Shown here: positions 26,402 to 36,417 of the stretch, piece by piece | Layout of the letters: every line of letters begins with the position of its first letter | Position numbering within the stretch: the stretch's first letter is position 1 | Source: an uncultured Mariniphaga sp. | Lineage (GTDB): Bacteria > Bacteroidota > Bacteroidia > Bacteroidales > Prolixibacteraceae | Direction of reading: 5' to 3' | Assembly (NCBI GenBank): GCA_964355145.1 | Contig: CAYHDA010000001.1 | Location: 19,632-72,159 of the forward strand | Length of the DNA stretch: 52,528 nt | Position numbers and translations under genes: made by a program | The notes under the pieces: generated by a model | Told to the model about the DNA's origin: nothing | The model's database searches: none | Seen by the model: the letters and a program-made list of their open reading frames with translations, nothing else

Positions 26402-29368
26402 ATGAAAACCAGTTTTAATTACGTTCGCATTAGTGCAGGTCTGCTTTTGATAATCTCTTTACTCTTCTTTTCTGAGATGAGTAATGCACAGGGGCAATTC
26501 GTCCGGGGAGTGGAAAAAACCGAATATTCCTTAAAGGGTACTGTTGCTGATTTTTATGTATCTCCTTCAGGCAATGACAACTGGTCCGGGAAACTGGCTG
26601 AACCAGATAAAAATCGAACAGATGGACCTTTTGCAACAATTGGCAGAGCCAAACAGGCAGTCTCAAAACTGAAGGAAGAGGTATATAAACTTAAAAAGCG
26701 GGCCGTCGATAAAAGGTTTATTGGAACACCTCATCAGTATGGTGCCGGTCGGGATATCCTGGTTTTAATTCGAACCGGAGTTTATTCCCTCACAGACCGG
26801 CTTGAATTTGCTCCCTCCGACGGTGGCGAACGCATCGAAACTGATTTGCCTACCGGTGCTTTCGAATATCACGAATTAAAAGACTACTATGTTACTTATG
26901 CGGCCTACCCCGGAGAGGTGCCTGTTATTTCAGGAGGTGAAAAGATATCCGGCTGGGTGAAAAAGAAAAATGGAATATGGACAGCTCCTATTAAACAGAC
27001 AGAAGTGACTGATCTTTATGCCAATGGCAAACGGCTTACTCTTGCCCGCACTCCAAATTCCGGTTTCTACCATACGGATGGGCAGCCCACTGATTCTGTC
27101 TCTTTCAAATTTAATGCAGGCGATCTAAGGGCATGGAAAGGTCTGGCAAACAACCGTATTCACATGACAATAAGGTGGGGCGCCATTCATTCCAGTATTT
27201 CCCGAATTGATGAAAAAAGTCATACTGCCTGGTTGACCTCACCGTCCCCGGATATGCTTATCATTCCTCCAAAATATTATGTTGAAAATATCGAAGAACT
27301 GATGGATTCGGTCAATGAATGGTATTTCAATGATAAGGCTCATACAATCAGTTTTATTCCTGACAAAGAAACGGGTGATCCCAATTTGGCATCGGTGGCC
27401 TTTCCAAAGCTGGAGAATCTGTTGGACGTATCGGGGACACGCGAAAAGCCGGTTCGGAACCTGCGGTTTTATAATCTTAAATTTGAAAATACCCGGTCAG
27501 GTGGCGGAGGAACCATCTCATTTCAATATGCCAAAAACTGTGAATTATTGAAGAACCGAATTGAAAATGTCAGTCAGGCAGCTATCCGGTTTGGTGTTGG
27601 ATGTTACCATAATCTGATCAGTAAAAATGTGATCAATGATGCAAAAGGAAGTGGAATCATATTGGCTGGCAAGCCAAAACCAGAAAGCTGGAGCGATGTA
27701 GTGAGTGACAATGTTATTTCGTACAACAAGATTACCAATATTCAGATTGCCGCCACGGGCATTTCAACTTATAATGCCTTGAGATCAACGGTTTCTCACA
27801 ATTTTATCTCCAACGTGGGTAGTTACGGAATTACTCTTGGCTCGTGGCCCAATATCGAAGAGACCAGCGACGGAAGTCATCTGGCTGAATACAATCATGT
27901 GTCGTTTACGAATATGAAACGTGATGACGAAGGTGGTATTGCTGTTTACGGATTGAGTCCGGGCTCTGTGGTGCGGAATAACCTCATACATGATGTTCAC
28001 CCGGCCGCGACCAATGAAAATGTTGCCTTGTTTTTTCAGAATATGGCATCCGGATGGAAAGTGACCGATAATACCTATTATAATCTGAAGCAAGGCGAAA
28101 TGAAATTGTGTGCTTGTTATCTTGTTGATAATCTGTATGAAAACAACTTCATTATTGATGCTCCGGTTAATCAGCCGGAAGAATTCATTACTGGGAAAAC
28201 GAATTTAATTTACCGGAATCTCATTGTCAAAGCAATTGACCAAACCACTACAGGAAGTGATTTTTCAATTACTGCTACTATAGCAAACAATGGCTCAACG
28301 GGAATGGAAGAGATCAGCTTATATGTCGATGGTAAGGTTGCAAGTTCTAAAAAACTTCCTTTTATCTCAAATAATGAGCGAAAGATTGAATTTAAGTACA
28401 AGTTTTTTGATCCGGGAAAACATACAGTAGCAATTGGCAAAACACCTCAGCAGGAAGTCGTGGTAACAGGCGACCCGCTGTTTGTAATCTACAGGGATTT
28501 AAAAACGCCATTTTTGGAAATACCCCAGGGAGATTCACTGACTGTTAGTGTAGAAGCTCAAAATGTGAGATCAGAAGAGATTACCCAAAGGGTTGAATTG
28601 ATGGTTGATAACAAGGTAATTGCTATCAAGGAAATTAGTTTCAAGGGACATGAGATAAAACGGATTGAATTTTCCAGTCTGCCCGAAGCCGGACATCATT
28701 CAGTTACGATTGCCAATCAGCTTCCGGTTGAACTATCCGTCTATCCGGTAAGAAAAGCGGACATTTCGGGCGCGTCATTTCTTACTTTTTGCACTGCAAC
28801 GGCTAACCCTTGTAAATTTGACTTTGATACTCAGAAAAATCAGTATGCCATTACTGCTGCGGGAACTGATTTTCTGCATGCCGAAGATTCATACGGATCA
28901 GTTTATCTGAAAGGGGCAATCGAAGGAAATTTTGTTGCAATCGTAAAAGTAACCGGTTTTAGCGAGGGCATCAGCGAATGGTTTAGGGCAGGAATATTTG
29001 TCAGAAACGATCTGTCAAAAAGCAATTCGATAAAGGGCAGCACCCTTGGATCATTTTTATTGTTCTCGACCACCAAACGATGTGGCGCACAATGGGATGA
29101 ATTTGGAGATGGCTGCATGCACAACACAAAAAGTAAAAATTACGGTGTTGAACAGCCTTTGCCTGTATGGCTGAAACTGGTACGTCACGGCAACCGATTC
29201 TCGGGATATTACAGCTTTAATGGTAAAAACTGGATCGTTTCCAGAGAATCCGGAGAAATTCCGGGCCTGGCTGCGAAAATGGATATTGGTCTTGCCGGTG
29301 GTGCGAACGATCAAAAGGTTTCTACCGTGAATTTTGAAAACTTTCAGCTTTGGCTGGAAACAAAGTAA
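26402..29368 (+). CDS. Secreted right-handed parallel beta-helix protein with two CARDB-like Ig repeats and a C-terminal concanavalin/LamG-like domain; candidate polysaccharide lyase or hydrolase
   Basis: Signal peptide ending SNAQG. DUF1565/beta-helix start YVSPSGNDNWSG...GPFATIGRAKQAV. Repeated N/G/I-rich beta-helix coils (NVISYNKITNI, VSHNFISNVG, VVRNNLIHDV). Two repeats of about 70 aa (FSITATIANNGS..., LTVSVEAQNVRS...). The C-terminal region is a beta-sandwich. Confidence 0.6.
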   Translation: MKTSFNYVRISAGLLLIISLLFFSEMSNAQGQFVRGVEKTEYSLKGTVADFYVSPSGNDNWSGKLAEPDKNRTDGPFATIGRAKQAVSKLKEEVYKLKKRAVDKRFIGTPHQYGAGRDILVLIRTGVYSLTDRLEFAPSDGGERIETDLPTGAFEYHELKDYYVTYAAYPGEVPVISGGEKISGWVKKKNGIWTAPIKQTEVTDLYANGKRLTLARTPNSGFYHTDGQPTDSVSFKFNAGDLRAWKGLANNRIHMTIRWGAIHSSISRIDEKSHTAWLTSPSPDMLIIPPKYYVENIEELMDSVNEWYFNDKAHTISFIPDKETGDPNLASVAFPKLENLLDVSGTREKPVRNLRFYNLKFENTRSGGGGTISFQYAKNCELLKNRIENVSQAAIRFGVGCYHNLISKNVINDAKGSGIILAGKPKPESWSDVVSDNVISYNKITNIQIAATGISTYNALRSTVSHNFISNVGSYGITLGSWPNIEETSDGSHLAEYNHVSFTNMKRDDEGGIAVYGLSPGSVVRNNLIHDVHPAATNENVALFFQNMASGWKVTDNTYYNLKQGEMKLCACYLVDNLYENNFIIDAPVNQPEEFITGKTNLIYRNLIVKAIDQTTTGSDFSITATIANNGSTGMEEISLYVDGKVASSKKLPFISNNERKIEFKYKFFDPGKHTVAIGKTPQQEVVVTGDPLFVIYRDLKTPFLEIPQGDSLTVSVEAQNVRSEEITQRVELMVDNKVIAIKEISFKGHEIKRIEFSSLPEAGHHSVTIANQLPVELSVYPVRKADISGASFLTFCTATANPCKFDFDTQKNQYAITAAGTDFLHAEDSYGSVYLKGAIEGNFVAIVKVTGFSEGISEWFRAGIFVRNDLSKSNSIKGSTLGSFLLFSTTKRCGAQWDEFGDGCMHNTKSKNYGVEQPLPVWLKLVRHGNRFSGYYSFNGKNWIVSRESGEIPGLAAKMDIGLAGGANDQKVSTVNFENFQLWLETK

Positions 29369-29395
29369 GATGATAAGCAATTGTCAATTAATAAT

Positions 29396-30376
29396 ATGAA
29401 AAATAAATTTGGAATACTCTGGGTAATATGGACTTTGGTTGGCGTCGCTTTGATTTATGGTATCTCTGAATCGAAGAACAGTGTGATTTCAATAATTGCC
29501 AACGTTTTAAGTTTATCCCCTTTAATTGGACTAATGCTTGCCTTAGGTTCTGTAAAGGCATCCCAGCAGTTTAACGATTGGTTACGGAGAGATCAGAATT
29601 CGCTGTATTATGTCGCAGGTGGAATCTCCATTTTATTTATGCTTCCAGGATTACTTACTTTTAAATTCGATCCCTATTATTCTGTCATTTTTGCTGCAAT
29701 CGTTTTTGCTGTAATTGGAGTTTTAAAGCAGGCAAAAAACCAGGAGTTTGCTTTGACATGGACTGATTTGATGCTTTGGATTATTCTTTGGATTCCATTT
29801 GACCTTCGCTGGTACATGGGGATGCTTCCCGCTGCCAGTGATTCATATGCCTGGTGGTCAGTCGCAATTTCTGTTATCGGTATCATTGGCTGGAATGGCT
29901 ATCGGGGAGCCGGTATCGGGTACAATCTTGTTCCAAAATTTAAGGATTTACGCGTCGTATTGGTCGCAATGGCCTTAATAATGGTATTGGTAGTTCCTCC
30001 GGGACTGTTAACAGGCTTTTTGACTTTTTCAATTCCCGAATCTTATAATATTCCTAAATTGGTTTTTCAATTTGTTGGACTGTTTTTAACCGTTGCCTTG
30101 CCTGAGGAGCTCTTTTTCAGAGGTATTTTGCTTGGGGGACTTGAGAAAATATTTTCAAGAAAATGGATTCCTTTGGTCGTGTCCTCATTGGCATTTGGAC
30201 TCATGCACTGGAACAATGTGAATACATTATCCACACAAATTACCTATGTGTCTTTAGCGGCAGTTGCCGGACTGGGGTATGGCTGGGCATACAGGAAGAG
30301 TGGAAATAACTTACTTGCCGCAATACTTGTTCATACGCTTGTTGACTGGGTCTGGAAATTATTTCTTACAAGCTAA
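29396..30376 (+). CDS. CPBP family intramembrane glutamic endopeptidase (CAAX protease / Abi-like)
   Basis: Multi-TM protein carrying motif 1 PEELFFRG, motif 2 FGLMHWNN and motif 3 ILVHTLVD. ATG 29396 is preferred over TTG 29381. Confidence 0.8.
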   Translation: MKNKFGILWVIWTLVGVALIYGISESKNSVISIIANVLSLSPLIGLMLALGSVKASQQFNDWLRRDQNSLYYVAGGISILFMLPGLLTFKFDPYYSVIFAAIVFAVIGVLKQAKNQEFALTWTDLMLWIILWIPFDLRWYMGMLPAASDSYAWWSVAISVIGIIGWNGYRGAGIGYNLVPKFKDLRVVLVAMALIMVLVVPPGLLTGFLTFSIPESYNIPKLVFQFVGLFLTVALPEELFFRGILLGGLEKIFSRKWIPLVVSSLAFGLMHWNNVNTLSTQITYVSLAAVAGLGYGWAYRKSGNNLLAAILVHTLVDWVWKLFLTS

Positions 30377-30387
30377 TTATTCATTTC

Positions 30388-31383
30388 ATGGAAAACAAAA
30401 TCAAATGGGGAATAATTGGCACAGGGCACATCTCAGGCAAGTTTGCAACGGCATTGGCCATTTTGCCTGAAGCTGAGCTCGCCGCCATAGCATCCAGAGA
30501 CCTGAAAACCGCGACCACTTTTGCCGCCAAATACAATGTTCCGAAAGCCTACGCCACCTATCAGGAGTTAGCTGACGATCCGGAAATTGATGTCGTATAT
30601 ATTGGAACACCCCACTCATTTCACCTCGAAAACAGTGTGATGTGCATGCAAAAAGGAAAAGCTGTTTTGTGCGAGAAGGCTTTTGCTATTAACGCTGCAG
30701 AAGCCAGAGAAATGGTTCGTGTTGCCCGCGAAAATAAGGTGTTTCTCATGGAAGCCATGATTACCCGGCATGTTCCTTTGATTAAAAAGGTTTTAGAATG
30801 GATCAGGGATGGCCGTATCGGCGAAGTGCGTATGGTAAAAGCTTCCCGTTGTGCACGTGGAGTATTCCAGCCGGGGGCACGACAATTAAATCCCGAATTA
30901 GGAGGAGGAAGCCTGCTCGATGTCGGTGTTTATGTTATTTCTTTCGCTTCCATGATATTTAAAAAATCACCCGCAGAAGTCGTTGGTCTGGGTCATATCG
31001 GCGATTTAGGCTCTGATGAGCAAGGTATTGCCATCTTAAAATATGATAAAGGCGAAATGGCTGATTTGTCATTCGCTTTGAAAACAGCTGCCGCAAATGA
31101 GGCGTATATTCTTGGAACAGAAGGGTATATTAAGATCTATGATGTTTTTGCCGTTCCAACAAAAGCCTCCTTATTTATCAATAGGGAGGAAACAGATGTA
31201 ATTGAAATGCCGATAATAGGAAATGCGCTCAATTATGAAGCTGAAGAAGTAATGCGCTGTTTGAAAGCAGGTTTAAAAGAATCCCCATATATGCCCCTCG
31301 ACGAGTCCGTTCAGATCATGGAAATTATGGATCAGATCAGAAAACCATGGGGTTTGGTTTATTCAAATGATACTCAAAAATAA
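30388..31383 (+). CDS. Gfo/Idh/MocA family oxidoreductase (dimeric dihydrodiol / sugar 1-dehydrogenase-like)
   Basis: Rossmann start IKWGIIGTGHISGKF, the CEKAFA motif (EKP-equivalent), and 331 aa length typical of the family. Confidence 0.85.
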   Translation: MENKIKWGIIGTGHISGKFATALAILPEAELAAIASRDLKTATTFAAKYNVPKAYATYQELADDPEIDVVYIGTPHSFHLENSVMCMQKGKAVLCEKAFAINAAEAREMVRVARENKVFLMEAMITRHVPLIKKVLEWIRDGRIGEVRMVKASRCARGVFQPGARQLNPELGGGSLLDVGVYVISFASMIFKKSPAEVVGLGHIGDLGSDEQGIAILKYDKGEMADLSFALKTAAANEAYILGTEGYIKIYDVFAVPTKASLFINREETDVIEMPIIGNALNYEAEEVMRCLKAGLKESPYMPLDESVQIMEIMDQIRKPWGLVYSNDTQK

Positions 31384-31403
31384 ATGTCACCAAAAACTTA
31401 CTA

Positions 31404-34400
31404 ATGAAAACAATCGTCAGAATTTTTATCTTGTTATTTCTCTTCAGCTCCTGCAGCGAAAAACCACATTTGAATGTTGTCAATCTGAAATGTGAGTATA
31501 AAGTAAATCCACTCGGCATAGATATTGAAAAACCACGGTTTAGCTGGATCATTGAATCTGCTCAGCGAGGTGTAAATCAGTCTGCTTTCCAAATACTCGT
31601 TTCTTCCGATTTAAAGAAACTGGACGAAAATATGCCTGATCTTTGGGATAGTCAGAAGGTTTCATCAGATAAATCCATCCAAATTCAATATGCCGGTAAC
31701 CCTCTTCAAAGCAATCAGAAATATTTTTGGAAAGTGAAAATCTGGGATCAGAATGGTAAAGTATATTCCAGTGAATCATCTTACTGGACTACCGGACTGT
31801 TCAAGGAATCGGATTGGAAAGCAAAATGGATTGGTCTCGACAAAGCGGTTGGCGAGGATGATCCGCAGGCATTACACCGGGTTCTCTCTGCAAGAATGTT
31901 GAGACATGAATTTATTATAGAAAAGAAGGTAAAATCTGCAACAGCTTTTATATCCGGTCTCGGATTATTTGAACTTTACCTTAACGGTGAAAAAATCGGA
32001 GATCAGGTATTGGCTCCCGGCCTGACGGAATACAATAAAAGAGCTTTTTATATGACTTTTGATGTGACTAAGTTTTTACATGCCGATAAAAATGCAATTG
32101 GTGTTATGCTTGGAAATGGGCGGTTCTTTTCTCCCAGAGCCGGGGGCGCCGAAAAATCCAGAACTTTTGGTTTTCCTAAGGTAATCTGTCAGTTAGAAGT
32201 ACAGTATGAGGATGGTACGGCAAGTACAATAATCACTGATGAATCATGGAAAATCACCACTAATGGCCCAATCCGCAAAAACAATGAATTTGACGGAGAG
32301 TTTTATGATGCCCGCATGGAGTTAAATGGCTGGAACAACACCAGCTTTAATGATGCAGACTGGATGAAAGCTGAACTTGTAGAGAAGCCGGGTGAAGTAT
32401 TGGTGGCTCAGCCTATTGATCCGATTAAAATAATGGATCAAATCGTTCCTGTTTCGGTGAAAGAAATAAAACCGGGTACTTATATTTTTGATATGGGGCA
32501 GAATATGGTGGGCTGGGTTGAATTATTGGTGAAGGGAAACAAAGGTGACAAAGTATCGCTCAGATTTGCTGAGACATTAAAAGACGATGGCAGTCTGTTT
32601 TTGGCGAATATCCGAGGTGCAGAAGTTACGGATACTTATATTTTGAAAGGCGACGGAGCAGAAAAATGGGAACCTCGGTTCACTTATCATGGATTCCGGT
32701 TTGTAGAAATGACCGGATACCCGGGTATCCCGGCATTATCAGCTGTTAAAGGGAAAGTTGTTCACGACGCGCTTGAAGTTACAGGCACATTCACCTGTTC
32801 CAATCCATTGATCAATAGTATTTATAAGAATGCTTACTGGGGAATCAGGGGGAATTACAGAAGCATACCGACCGATTGTCCTCAAAGAGACGAAAGACAA
32901 GGCTGGCTGGGTGATCGCTCTGCAGAATGTACCGGCGAGAGTTATATTTTTGATATTTCGAAACTCTACAGTAAATGGGTAACCGACATGAAGGATGCCC
33001 AGCTGACGAGCGGAAGTCTTCCCGATGTGGCCCCCTCCTATTGGCCTACCTACAGCGATAATACCACCTGGCCGGGAACCTTCCTTTTTGCTTCCGACAT
33101 GCTATATACTCAATATGGCGATTTAAAAACGATAGAAAGCAATTACCCGTCAATGCAAAAATGGATACAGCACATGAATCAATTCGTTGTAAACGGGTTA
33201 ATGACAAAAGATACCTATGGAGACTGGTGTGTTCCGCCTGAAGATGTTAAACTCATTCTTTCAAGTGATCCTCAGAGGATTACCAGTGCAGAATACATTG
33301 GGACTGCCTATTTCTATTATGAATTAAGACTAATGGAAAAATTTGCACGTTTACTGAGCAAAAAGAGTGAGGCTGAAGAATATTTCAAAAGTGCAGCTGC
33401 CATGAAAATCGCTTTTAACGACCGCTTTCTGGATAAAAATGAGGTTAAATACAGCAACAATACCTGCACTGCTAATATTTTGGCACTTGCATTTAACCTG
33501 GTTCCGGATGAATACCGGGCCAAAATTGTGGATAAACTTCTTCAGAAAATTTTAGGTGAAAACGAAGGTCATGTTGGGAACGGAATTATTGGAGGCCAAT
33601 GGTTGATGCGGGTATTAACAGAAAACGGGCATGGCGATGTTGCTTATACACTTGCATCCCAAAGCACCTATCCGGGCTGGGGTTATATGGTGAAACGCGG
33701 CGCAACAACGATTTGGGAGCTCTGGAACGGAGATTATGGTGATCCCGGTATGAATTCAGGGAATCATGTGATGCTGCTGGGGGATCTGATCATTTGGTAC
33801 TATGAGAATCTGGCAGGGATCAAAGCCGATTCCGATTCTCCCGCATTCAGGCATATCATCATGAAGCCTTGCATATTGGGAGATTTAACCTATGCAGATG
33901 CGACGTATAACTCCATCTACGGAAAGATAAAGAGCGGGTGGAGACTTGAAAAGGATCATTTTACCTGGCATGTAACAATTCCTGCTAATACAACAGCCAC
34001 CGTTTACGTTCCTACCCTTGGCAAAGAGGAGGTGATGGAAGGGAACAAACTGGCTTCATCTGTTGAGGGGATTAAATTTGTCAAGTGGGATGATAATCGG
34101 GCTGTTTTTGAGATTAAGTCGGGAGCATATTCATTTACTTCAAAGGGAGCCATAAAAATGGTCTCCAGACCTTATATTCCGACACCATCAATCACTCCCA
34201 AAGATACAATTCTGAAAGCCGGAAATAAACTTCAGGTTAAAATTGCATGTAAGGATTCATCTGCTGTAATTCGCTATACTACAGATGGATCGGAAGTTAA
34301 TGAACAATCCCCGGTTTACACCGGTACACTGGAAATATCGTGCAATACGATGGTGCTGGCACAGGCCTTTGCAGAGGGATCTCATTCCAGCAATCAGGTA

Positions 34401-34859
34401 AAGGCCATCTACAATTATGTTGATCCAAATAAGAATGGCATATCGTGGACACTCTTCACGGGTCCATTTATGAAAATTCCCGATTTTAGTCAGTTAAAAC
34501 CTGTAGCCAAAGGTGAGTTATTTCAATTCGGGGTGAAGAAAATTGATGCCCCCAAATATAATTTTGGAGTTCAGCTAAAATCGTTCATTCAGATTGATAA
34601 AGCAGGTGAATATACATTTTACATCTCCTCCAACGATGGGAGTAAATTATACATAAACGATCAATTGCTCATCGACAACGATGGAGAGCACGGGGTCAAA
34701 GAGATGAGCAGCTCCCTCTTCCTAAAGCCAGGCAGACACCCCATCCGGGCAGACTATTTTCAAAGCGGAGGGGGAACCGCCTTGTTCGTCGGATATAGCT
34801 CAGCCGAAATCAGGTATCAGCCAATTCCGGAATCTATATTATTTAAATCCAGGGAGTAG
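31404..34859 (+). CDS. Glycoside hydrolase family 78 alpha-L-rhamnosidase lipoprotein with C-terminal Fn3-like (chitobiase/hexosaminidase C-terminal type) plus PA14 module
   Basis: 1151 aa with lipobox LFSSC. N-terminal block PRFSWI...QSAFQILVSS. The catalytic (alpha/alpha)6 block is PTDCPQRDERQGWLGD. The C-terminal PA14 has EYTFYISSNDGSKLYINDQLLIDNDGEHG. Confidence 0.92.
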   Translation: MKTIVRIFILLFLFSSCSEKPHLNVVNLKCEYKVNPLGIDIEKPRFSWIIESAQRGVNQSAFQILVSSDLKKLDENMPDLWDSQKVSSDKSIQIQYAGNPLQSNQKYFWKVKIWDQNGKVYSSESSYWTTGLFKESDWKAKWIGLDKAVGEDDPQALHRVLSARMLRHEFIIEKKVKSATAFISGLGLFELYLNGEKIGDQVLAPGLTEYNKRAFYMTFDVTKFLHADKNAIGVMLGNGRFFSPRAGGAEKSRTFGFPKVICQLEVQYEDGTASTIITDESWKITTNGPIRKNNEFDGEFYDARMELNGWNNTSFNDADWMKAELVEKPGEVLVAQPIDPIKIMDQIVPVSVKEIKPGTYIFDMGQNMVGWVELLVKGNKGDKVSLRFAETLKDDGSLFLANIRGAEVTDTYILKGDGAEKWEPRFTYHGFRFVEMTGYPGIPALSAVKGKVVHDALEVTGTFTCSNPLINSIYKNAYWGIRGNYRSIPTDCPQRDERQGWLGDRSAECTGESYIFDISKLYSKWVTDMKDAQLTSGSLPDVAPSYWPTYSDNTTWPGTFLFASDMLYTQYGDLKTIESNYPSMQKWIQHMNQFVVNGLMTKDTYGDWCVPPEDVKLILSSDPQRITSAEYIGTAYFYYELRLMEKFARLLSKKSEAEEYFKSAAAMKIAFNDRFLDKNEVKYSNNTCTANILALAFNLVPDEYRAKIVDKLLQKILGENEGHVGNGIIGGQWLMRVLTENGHGDVAYTLASQSTYPGWGYMVKRGATTIWELWNGDYGDPGMNSGNHVMLLGDLIIWYYENLAGIKADSDSPAFRHIIMKPCILGDLTYADATYNSIYGKIKSGWRLEKDHFTWHVTIPANTTATVYVPTLGKEEVMEGNKLASSVEGIKFVKWDDNRAVFEIKSGAYSFTSKGAIKMVSRPYIPTPSITPKDTILKAGNKLQVKIACKDSSAVIRYTTDGSEVNEQSPVYTGTLEISCNTMVLAQAFAEGSHSSNQVKAIYNYVDPNKNGISWTLFTGPFMKIPDFSQLKPVAKGELFQFGVKKIDAPKYNFGVQLKSFIQIDKAGEYTFYISSNDGSKLYINDQLLIDNDGEHGVKEMSSSLFLKPGRHPIRADYFQSGGGTALFVGYSSAEIRYQPIPESILFKSRE

Positions 34860-34927
34860 CGAAGCCTGCATTTCAATTGGAAAATCAGTTGGTTTATTGT
34901 TTAGCATACCAATATATAAAAAATACA

Positions 34928-36184
34928 ATGAAGCTTTACTTGTTTGCTTTTTTACTGGTCATATTATGTAGCAATCTGTCCGCCGGTGAGATTCCGGATC
35001 AGAAATATTCTCTGGTGAAAGCTGAGAGCTATGTTCAATCCAAAAACTTCTATCTTTTAACACTTTTGCAGCAGTTGCCCGAGGTGAAAAAACTAGTCTC
35101 AAATGATGAGGAATTGTCAAAAACAGCCATTGTCAAAAGAGCCAATCTTTCGTCTAAATTAAAGAACTGCGGAGATACCGTGAACTGTTATCTCGAAAGC
35201 ATTAAATTCAGTTCAATGGAAGTTCAAAAAATCGGAGCCAGACTGGTCGCTTTATATCGATCGCATAATGAATTAAAAACGCTGGTACAAAAGCACCTAA
35301 TCCCATCAGGCTGTTATAATTTTTTAGGAAATCCGGAGCCTCAGGAATTACTCAGAAAAGCATGGGAGCAGGATGCCAATGCTGTCAACCATGCCATAAA
35401 AGTTTATGCCGGGGGTGAAAAACCGAATTATCCCGCAATCGATTCCCTTAGCCTGGATGTACATTGGAAATATTATCCAAATTTTCTGGACTTTTTTTCC
35501 CATACGGTTTTTGAAGAGGTAAAAAACGATGGGCTGTTTTTTATGCCCTCAATGACTTTTGCCTTACGTGCACTGGAAATGAATGAGCGCAACTGTGCCG
35601 GCGATTATGAGCCAATGGAAACTAAGTGTAATAAGCCGGCATACGACAGGATTAAGAGTCTAAAGTGGCCGGATTTCAAATATTCACTGATTCTTGTTCC
35701 GGGCGAAGGGCCCGAGGTTTCTGATCAGCATATTAGTCCGATCGGAATGTTAAGGTGCAGATCTGCGGCATATCGGTGGAGAGATGGAATTGCTCCGTTT
35801 ATTATGGTTTCAGGTGGCAAAGTTCATCCGTTTAAAACAAAATACTGCGAGGCAGAAGAGATGAAAAAGTACCTGATGGAAACAATGCATGTACCTGAAA
35901 ATGCCATTTTGATGGATCCTCATGCCAGACATACCTCGACGAATATGCGCAATTGTGCCCGTTTGATTTTTCGTTACGGTATCCCGATGGATAAACCATG
36001 TTTAAGTTCAAGCAACAAAGAACAGAGTTTTTATATTTCCGGCAAAGGGATGCAGGACCGTTGCATGGAAGAACTTGGTTATTTGCCTTATAAAAACGGG
36101 GAACGATCCTCAGAAACTGAGGCGGAGTTTTATCCGCTCAGTTCTTCACTCCAAATTGATCCGGATAAGCCTTTGGATCCATAG
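34928..36184 (+). CDS. DUF218 (ElyC/SanA/YdcF) family protein with a roughly 240-aa N-terminal extension of unknown function
   Basis: Signal peptide MKLYLFAFLLVILCSNLSAGE. The C-terminal DUF218 pattern is SLILVPGEGP...RCRSAAYRW...FIMVSGGKVHP...EAEEM. ATG 34928 is preferred over TTG 34877. Confidence 0.6.
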   Translation: MKLYLFAFLLVILCSNLSAGEIPDQKYSLVKAESYVQSKNFYLLTLLQQLPEVKKLVSNDEELSKTAIVKRANLSSKLKNCGDTVNCYLESIKFSSMEVQKIGARLVALYRSHNELKTLVQKHLIPSGCYNFLGNPEPQELLRKAWEQDANAVNHAIKVYAGGEKPNYPAIDSLSLDVHWKYYPNFLDFFSHTVFEEVKNDGLFFMPSMTFALRALEMNERNCAGDYEPMETKCNKPAYDRIKSLKWPDFKYSLILVPGEGPEVSDQHISPIGMLRCRSAAYRWRDGIAPFIMVSGGKVHPFKTKYCEAEEMKKYLMETMHVPENAILMDPHARHTSTNMRNCARLIFRYGIPMDKPCLSSSNKEQSFYISGKGMQDRCMEELGYLPYKNGERSSETEAEFYPLSSSLQIDPDKPLDP

Positions 36185-36331
36185 GATTTAAAAACAAGGA
36201 GATTAAATTAATAAAGAAGTATCCGGAGAATAACATCTGCGTTTTGGCTATTCTCCCAATTAACAAAATAAGCTTTTTGAAAAAAAATGGTCAAACAGGC
36301 TTTAAAAATTTTCAGAATTAGAAGGATTTAA

Positions 36332-36339
36332 TACATTTG
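36332..36339 (+). promoter_or_regulatory. Candidate -7 promoter box (TACATTTG = TAnnTTTG) for the permease gene
   Basis: Exact consensus match 79 nt upstream of ATG 36418. The -33 region has TTTA rather than TTTG. Confidence 0.25.
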
Positions 36340-36417
36340 CAACCATTGTCAGAAAAAGCAGAAAAACAACTGGATAGGCAATAAGCGTATAATTTTATTT
36401 AAGGAAAAAACAGAAAA

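Noticed and set aside
26365-26418. A 17-codon uORF (MMNSELESKNTLYENQF*) after an AGGAGG. It begins ATGATGAATTCTGAACTT, vaguely like the cassette start ATGATTCTGCACTT.
   Set aside because: Only the first ~14 nt resemble the cassette, with a 1-nt indel, and the rest is unrelated. It is kept only as a note under the beta-helix gene.
36225-36256. Hairpin GGAGAATA-N16-TATTCTCC after the DUF218 gene as a rho-independent terminator.
   Set aside because: The stem is only 8 bp, the loop is a large 16 nt and no U-tract follows. It is mentioned in a finding but not annotated as a terminator.
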